DNA from: an uncultured Oscillibacter sp.
GTDB lineage: Bacteria; Bacillota; Clostridia; Oscillospirales; Oscillospiraceae
DNA length: 64,000 bases
Direction of reading: 5' to 3'
Assembly (NCBI GenBank): GCA_902490355.1
Contig: CABUDN010000001.1
Coordinates: forward strand, 6,375-70,374
Numbering within the stretch: the first letter of the stretch is position 1; each line of letters starts with the position of its first letter. The position numbers and the translations under genes were made by a program. Under the pieces are notes generated by a model. That model was not told where the DNA came from and did not search any database. It saw only the letters and a list, made by a program, of their open reading frames with translations. Of this stretch, positions 58,735 through 64,000 are shown one piece after another.

Positions 58735-60252
58735 ATGAAAGCCATTATGGTCATGTTTGATTCCCTCAACCGCATCATGCTGCCGCCCTACGGCGGGCTG
58801 GACATCGTGGCGCCCAACTTCCAGCGTCTGGCGGAGCATGCCGCCACCTTCGACAACTTCTACGCCGGAAGCCTGCCCTGCATGCCTGCCCGGCGGGAGA
58901 TTCACACCGGCCGGTACAACTTCCTGCACCGGGGCTGGGGTCCCATTGAGCTCTATGACGACTCCATGCCCGAGCTGCTCAAGCAAAACGGCGTCTATAC
59001 CCACCTGGTGACCGACCACTGGCACTACTGGGAGCAGGGCGGCTCCGACTATCAGACCAAGTACAACTCCTTCGAGTATGCCCGGGGCCCCGAGGGCGAT
59101 CCCTGGAAGGGCCGGGTGGATTTCGACGTGCCGGAGCACCTGTACGGCCGGCAGGACAACTGCGGCCGCCAGGAATACGTCAACCGCCACTACACCCCCA
59201 AGGAGGAGGACATCTCCATCGCCCAGAACTTCAAGCACGGCCTGGAGTTCATCGATGAGAACTTCCGTTCCGACAACTGGTTTTTGCAGCTGGAGGAGTT
59301 TGATCCCCACGAGCCCTACTATGTCCCCGACCGCTTCCTGTCCCTGTACGAAAAGGAATACCACGGCCGCCCCTTTGACTGGCCCCAGTACTTCCGGGTC
59401 GGACACAGCGGCGAGACGGAAGAGGAGATTCAGCACGTCATCAACAAGTACCGGGCTGTGGTGAGCATGTGCGATTACTACCTGGGCCAGGTGCTGGACC
59501 GGATGGACCAGTACGATCTCTGGAAAGACACCATGCTGATCGTCAACACCGACCACGGCTTCCTGCTCACCGAGCACAACTGGTGGGGCAAGGTGCGGGA
59601 ACCCATTTACGACGAGCTGGCCCACACCCCCTTCTTCCTCTGGGATCCCAGAAGCGGCGTGCGCAACGAGCACCGCGGCGCCCTGTGCCAGACCATCGAC
59701 ATCGCCCCCACACTGCTGGACTTCTTCAACGTTCCCATTCCCCAGGACATGCAGGGCAAGGCCCTGCGGGATACCGTGGCATCCGACCAACCGGTACGGG
59801 AATATGCGCTCTTCGGCATGCACGGCTTCCATGTCAACGTCACGGACGGCCGGTATGTCTACATGCGCACGCCGGTGCGGGAGCATCTGGACGACCTGTA
59901 TGACTACATGCAGACGCCCACCAGCTACCCCAACTCCGTCACGCTGGACAAGCTGCGCCAGGGCCAGATGTGCTGGGACTTCCACTTCACCAAGGGCACG
60001 CCCCTGCTGCGGCTGCCGGGCCACTGCATGGGCATGATCCCCAATGATCCGGAAGCCCTCTACGCTCCTGACGGGCTGTACGGAGAGGGGAACCTGCTCT
60101 TCGATCTGGAGCAGGACCCCAAACAGCTCCACCCCCTCCACGACGAGGCTGTGGAATCCCGCATGATCGAGGCCATGAAGCAGCTCATGGAGGAAAATGA
60201 GGCACCGGCGGAGCAGTATGTCCGCCTGGGTCTTTCCACTGAGAACACCTGA
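58735..60252 (+). CDS. Cys-type sulfatase (cytoplasmic)
   Basis: FDSL, CMPAR (C-x-P-x-R), DPHEP, TDHG; no signal peptide. Confidence 0.92.
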   Translation: MKAIMVMFDSLNRIMLPPYGGLDIVAPNFQRLAEHAATFDNFYAGSLPCMPARREIHTGRYNFLHRGWGPIELYDDSMPELLKQNGVYTHLVTDHWHYWEQGGSDYQTKYNSFEYARGPEGDPWKGRVDFDVPEHLYGRQDNCGRQEYVNRHYTPKEEDISIAQNFKHGLEFIDENFRSDNWFLQLEEFDPHEPYYVPDRFLSLYEKEYHGRPFDWPQYFRVGHSGETEEEIQHVINKYRAVVSMCDYYLGQVLDRMDQYDLWKDTMLIVNTDHGFLLTEHNWWGKVREPIYDELAHTPFFLWDPRSGVRNEHRGALCQTIDIAPTLLDFFNVPIPQDMQGKALRDTVASDQPVREYALFGMHGFHVNVTDGRYVYMRTPVREHLDDLYDYMQTPTSYPNSVTLDKLRQGQMCWDFHFTKGTPLLRLPGHCMGMIPNDPEALYAPDGLYGEGNLLFDLEQDPKQLHPLHDEAVESRMIEAMKQLMEENEAPAEQYVRLGLSTENT

Positions 60253-60257
60253 AGTGC

Positions 60258-60298
60258 ATAAAAAAATGAGACGGATTACTCCGTCTCATTTTTTTATG
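60258..60298. terminator. Bidirectional intrinsic terminator
   Basis: CATAAAAAAATGAGACGGA-ttac-TCCGTCTCATTTTTTTATG. Confidence 0.9.
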
Positions 60299-60318
60299 AA
60301 TTCCTAATGGATGGGGCT

Positions 60319-61026
60319 TCACACCTGGCCGCAGTCCTCGGCACATAGGGGAACCCCGCCGGCGGTAATCCCCGCCTTCTCCCGGGCTTCCAGCAGCGCC
60401 TCCACTTCGCGCCGCTTCAGCAGGCAGCCCGGCCGGTTCAGGTATCCCAGATTCATCAAAATCACGGCGGAGCCCTCCAGGCTCTCCATGCGGTAGTAGG
60501 CCTCCATGGCGCTGCGGCCCCAGGTCAGGGCGCCGTGGTTGGCCAGCAGCACCGCATTGTGGGTTCGGCAGAAGGGAGCAATGGATTCCGGCACCTCCTG
60601 GGTGCCCGGCGTGGCGTAGGGGGCCACCGGCACCACACCCAGATTGAACACCGTCTCCGTCAAAAGCGCCATGTCCATGGGAACTCTGGCAATGGCAAAG
60701 GAGGTTGCCGCCGGGGGATGGGCATGGACCACACCGCCCACCTCCGGGTTTTCCCGGTAGACCCGCAGGTGCATTTTCATCTCCGAAGAGGGCGCCGCGG
60801 TTCCTTCCAGAACCCGGCCCTCCAGGTCCACACACAGCAGCATGTCCTCGGTCATATAGCCCTTGGACACACCGGTGGGGGTCACCCAGATCCGGTCAGG
60901 CCCGGTGCGGACGCTGATATTGCCGTCATTGGCAGCCACATACTGCCGGGCAAACATCCGCCGCCCGATTTCCAGGATGGCTGCCCGGGCCTCCTGATCG
61001 GTACAGGCATTTGCCATGGGAATCAT
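60319..61026 (-). CDS. Class II aldolase/adducin family protein (FucA/Ald2-like)
   Basis: DGNIS, TPTG.SK, PSSE..MH, HAHPP, LANHG. Confidence 0.92.
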   Translation of the reverse strand: MIPMANACTDQEARAAILEIGRRMFARQYVAANDGNISVRTGPDRIWVTPTGVSKGYMTEDMLLCVDLEGRVLEGTAAPSSEMKMHLRVYRENPEVGGVVHAHPPAATSFAIARVPMDMALLTETVFNLGVVPVAPYATPGTQEVPESIAPFCRTHNAVLLANHGALTWGRSAMEAYYRMESLEGSAVILMNLGYLNRPGCLLKRREVEALLEAREKAGITAGGVPLCAEDCGQV

Positions 61027-61111
61027 CTCACTTTCCAAACAGGTTGTTTTTTGCAACAGGTTCCTCTATACTGGTGCATAATCACCAGCACGATATGAGG
61101 GAGGGGATGCC

Positions 61112-61882
61112 ATGCTGGCCGTAGAGCGCAGAGCGTGCATCAAAGAAACCATTCAGGAACAAAAAAGCGTGGCGGTGTCCGATCTGGCCCGCCGCTTTGA
61201 CGTCACGGAGGAGACCATCCGGCGGGATCTGAAAGTTCTGGAGGCCCAGGGCGTTCTGACCCGGACCTACGGCGGCGCCTTCATCCAGGGCGGCGCCATC
61301 AACGAGGTGGATGTGACTCTGCGGGAGACCTCCTATGTGGAGGCCAAACGGCAGATCGCCGCCCAGTGTCTGCAGCTGATCCGCAATGGAGACTCCATTT
61401 TTCTCGACAGCTCCACCACCGCACTGGAGATTGCCCGGGCCATCCGGGACATGCGCCTGACAGTGCTGACCAACTCCCTGCTCATTGCCGACGTGCTCTC
61501 CCACAGCGAGAGCATCCGCCTGCAAGTGATCGGCGGCGTTTTGCAGCCGCAGAGCATGTCCTTCCTGGGGGAGGCCGCCCTGGCTGCCCTGGCGCCCTAC
61601 TATGTGGACAGCGCCTTTGTCTCCTGCCGCTCCGTCAGCCTGGACCGCGGCATCACCGACAGCAACGAGCAAAGCGCCGCGTTCCGCAGCGATGCCATCC
61701 GCCGGGCCGGACGGGTGTATCTGGTGGCGGATCACACCAAATTCGGCCAGACCTCCTTTGTGCAGATCTGCGGCTTTGACGCGCTGGCGGGCATTGTGAC
61801 CGATCAGCCCCTGTCTGCCCCATGGCATTGGATGGCCCAGGAGCGCAAGCTGCTCCTGCTGGAAAACGCGCCGGAGGCTTAA
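61112..61882 (+). CDS. DeoR/GlpR family transcriptional regulator
   Basis: VTEETIRRDL, RTYGGA, LDSSTT, DHTKFG. Confidence 0.95.
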   Translation: MLAVERRACIKETIQEQKSVAVSDLARRFDVTEETIRRDLKVLEAQGVLTRTYGGAFIQGGAINEVDVTLRETSYVEAKRQIAAQCLQLIRNGDSIFLDSSTTALEIARAIRDMRLTVLTNSLLIADVLSHSESIRLQVIGGVLQPQSMSFLGEAALAALAPYYVDSAFVSCRSVSLDRGITDSNEQSAAFRSDAIRRAGRVYLVADHTKFGQTSFVQICGFDALAGIVTDQPLSAPWHWMAQERKLLLLENAPEA

Positions 61883-62955
61883 TCCTCCGTCCGCTCAAAG
61901 AGCCGCTTCAGAGCCGGAGCAAAGGGCGGGCGGATGATGCCCCGCTCCGTCACAAAGGCGGTGATCAGCTCCGCGTCCGTCACGTCGAAGGCGGGGTTAT
62001 AGACCTTGACTCCCTCCGGTGCCATGGGCTCTTTGTACCACATGTCCGTCACTTCCGCGCCGGGACGCTCCTCAATCCGGATGGCGCTGCCGTCCGGGCA
62101 GCTCAGGTCGATGGTGGACATGGGCGCACAGACATAGAAGGGAATCCCATAGTGTTTTGCCAGGATGGCCACGCCGGACGTGCCGATCTTGTTGGCGGTA
62201 TCGCCGTTGGCAGCCACCCGGTCACAGCCCACAAACACGGCCTGCACCCATCCCCGGCGCATGACCGAGGGGGCCATATTGTCGCAGATCAGCGTGGTGT
62301 CCACCCCGTCGGCGAACAGCTCGTAGGCCGACAGGCGGGCTCCCTGCAGCAGGGGGCGGGTCTCGTCGGTGAATACCCGGAACTGCATGCCCTGCTCCCG
62401 GCCCACGTGGATGGGCGCCAGGGCGGTGCCGTAGCGGACCGTGGCCAGCTGTCCGGCGTTGCAGTGGGTCAGGATGCCGTCGCCGTTTTGAATCAGCGTC
62501 AGGCCGTACTCGCCGATGGCGCGGCACACCTGGATATCCTGATCCCGCAGCTCCAGGGCCCGCTCCCGCAGCCGGTCCTTGAGCGCCGCCACCGGGCAGC
62601 CGGCATGCTCCCGCACCACCTGCGCCATCTGCTCCAGAGCCCACGCCAGATTGACCGCGGTGGGCCGGGCGCTGACCAGATAAGCCCGGATGCGCTCAAA
62701 TTCCGCGGCAAAGGTCTCGTAATCCGTCTCCGGCATCCGCCGGCACACGGCATAGATGCCGATGGCCGCCGCCACGCCGATGGCCGGGGCGCCGCGCACC
62801 TGCAGAGTATAGATTGCCTGATAGATGGCTTCCGCCGTAGACAGCCGCAGGAACACCGTCTGCCCGGGCAGCCGGGTCTGATCCAGAATCACCAGCTCTT
62901 CCGTCTGAGGGTCCAGCGCCACAGTGTCCTGATGCATGATATTGTCCTTGTCCAC
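61879..62955 (-). CDS. mtnA: S-methyl-5-thioribose-1-phosphate isomerase family
   Basis: VRGAPAIG, RPTAVNL, THCNAG.LAT..YGTA, ETRP.LQG.RL, ANKIGT, NPAFDVT. Confidence 0.93.
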   Translation of the reverse strand: MDKDNIMHQDTVALDPQTEELVILDQTRLPGQTVFLRLSTAEAIYQAIYTLQVRGAPAIGVAAAIGIYAVCRRMPETDYETFAAEFERIRAYLVSARPTAVNLAWALEQMAQVVREHAGCPVAALKDRLRERALELRDQDIQVCRAIGEYGLTLIQNGDGILTHCNAGQLATVRYGTALAPIHVGREQGMQFRVFTDETRPLLQGARLSAYELFADGVDTTLICDNMAPSVMRRGWVQAVFVGCDRVAANGDTANKIGTSGVAILAKHYGIPFYVCAPMSTIDLSCPDGSAIRIEERPGAEVTDMWYKEPMAPEGVKVYNPAFDVTDAELITAFVTERGIIRPPFAPALKRLFERTED

Positions 62956-63085
62956 CTGTCAACACTCCTCACTGTTTGATACCTCCATTATAACAACCAA
63001 GGGGTTCCTGTCAAGGATTCTTGTTGTTTTATGTCTGATTATGTGGTATTGTGTAGATATGAAATAAAAAAAGGAGGGACCTGCC

Positions 63086-64000
63086 ATGCCAACAGCTGCA
63101 ATTTGGGGTGCGGGCGGAATTGCCAACACCCACATGGATGCTCTCAGGTCCAACGGCATTGCCGTGGCGGCGGTGGTCAGCCGGACGGAGGACGGCGCCC
63201 GGGCGTTTGCACAGCGCTGGGGGATTCCCCGCTGGGGGACCGATCCTGCCATGCTGTTTACTCCGGAGATTGACTGCGTCCACATCTGCACGCCGCCCAA
63301 CCTGCACTATGAGATGGCGGTCACTCTGCTGGAACAGGGCAAACACGTCCTGTGTGAAAAGCCCCTGTGCTTTTCCGATGAACAGGCCCGCCGCCTGGCC
63401 CGGCTGGCCGCCCGGACGGGCCGGGTCTGCGCCGTCAACTTCAATGTCCGGTTCCACACCGCCTGCCAGGCTGCCCGCAAGGCCGTCCAGGCCCCGGACT
63501 TTGGCCGGGTGCTGCTGATCCACGGCAGCTACCTGCAGGAGTTTGGCGCCCTGCCCGCGCCGGTGGACTGGCGGATGAATCCCCAGCTGGCCGGGCGGAT
63601 GCACGCGGTCACGGAGATCGGCTCCCACTGGATGGATCTGGCCCAGTGGATCAGCGCCCGGCGCATTACGGCCATCAGCGCCCAGTTTGACCATTTCCAC
63701 CCCACCCGCTATGTGGAAAACGGCGTAATGCACGCCCAACCCGGGCCAAACCGTACCCCCATGGCCGTGGACAGCGAGGACGCCGCCGTCATCAGCCTGC
63801 GGTTTGAGGACGGGGCCATGGGCGCGGTGGTGCTCTCCGAGCTTTCCCAGGGGCGGTGCAACCATCTGAGCCTGGAAATCACCGGCGAGCAGGAAAATCT
63901 CTGGTGGAACTCCGAGCAGCCCACGCTGCTGTGCCGGGCCCGCAGGGGAGAGGGCGTTCGTTCCCAGGTCTTCGCCTTTGGTTCCGGCTTTGCCGACACC
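63086..64000 (+). CDS. Gfo/Idh/MocA family oxidoreductase, 3'-truncated by window edge (absent from ORF track)
   Basis: AAGGAGG RBS; MPTAAIWGAGGIA...TPPNLH...KHVLCEKP...EIGSHW. Confidence 0.9.
   Translation, partial: MPTAAIWGAGGIANTHMDALRSNGIAVAAVVSRTEDGARAFAQRWGIPRWGTDPAMLFTPEIDCVHICTPPNLHYEMAVTLLEQGKHVLCEKPLCFSDEQARRLARLAARTGRVCAVNFNVRFHTACQAARKAVQAPDFGRVLLIHGSYLQEFGALPAPVDWRMNPQLAGRMHAVTEIGSHWMDLAQWISARRITAISAQFDHFHPTRYVENGVMHAQPGPNRTPMAVDSEDAAVISLRFEDGAMGAVVLSELSQGRCNHLSLEITGEQENLWWNSEQPTLLCRARRGEGVRSQVFAFGSGFADT

Overview
High-GC chromosomal window from a Firmicute, probably an Oscillospiraceae-like gut Clostridium (inferred from gene content and a CIRCE element). From left to right it holds: (1) a partial RNA methyltransferase, a stand-alone EF-Tu domain II protein and a lipid kinase; (2) CIRCE-controlled groES-groEL; (3) an accessory stretch with a type III restriction-modification system, an HTH gene, an unannotated operon of six tiny paralogous peptide genes and orphan phage lysis-type genes; (4) MATE, galM and a ROK-regulated pentose (xylose-type) locus; (5) an SLH surface protein with an O-antigen ligase-family gene; (6) an XRE regulator, Ser/Thr kinase and two zinc-ribbon membrane proteins; (7) an IclR-controlled opine dehydrogenase/TRAP/dehydratase cluster; (8) an AraC-controlled sugar redox cluster and an M3-like peptidase; (9) a sulfatase maturase/deaminase/PNP/nucleoside ABC/sulfatase locus followed by aldolase, DeoR and mtnA. 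The stand-out signal is at 9492-10275 on the minus strand and is missed by the ORF track. It has a sigma70 promoter, six small ORFs (47, 23, 25, 25, 25, 25 aa), each with its own strong RBS and the C-terminal motif IRN[YC][VIL][RK][FL]GG[VAL]R-stop, and a terminator. Differences between the closest copies are almost all synonymous. No rRNA, tRNA, CRISPR array, integrase or transposase was recognised.
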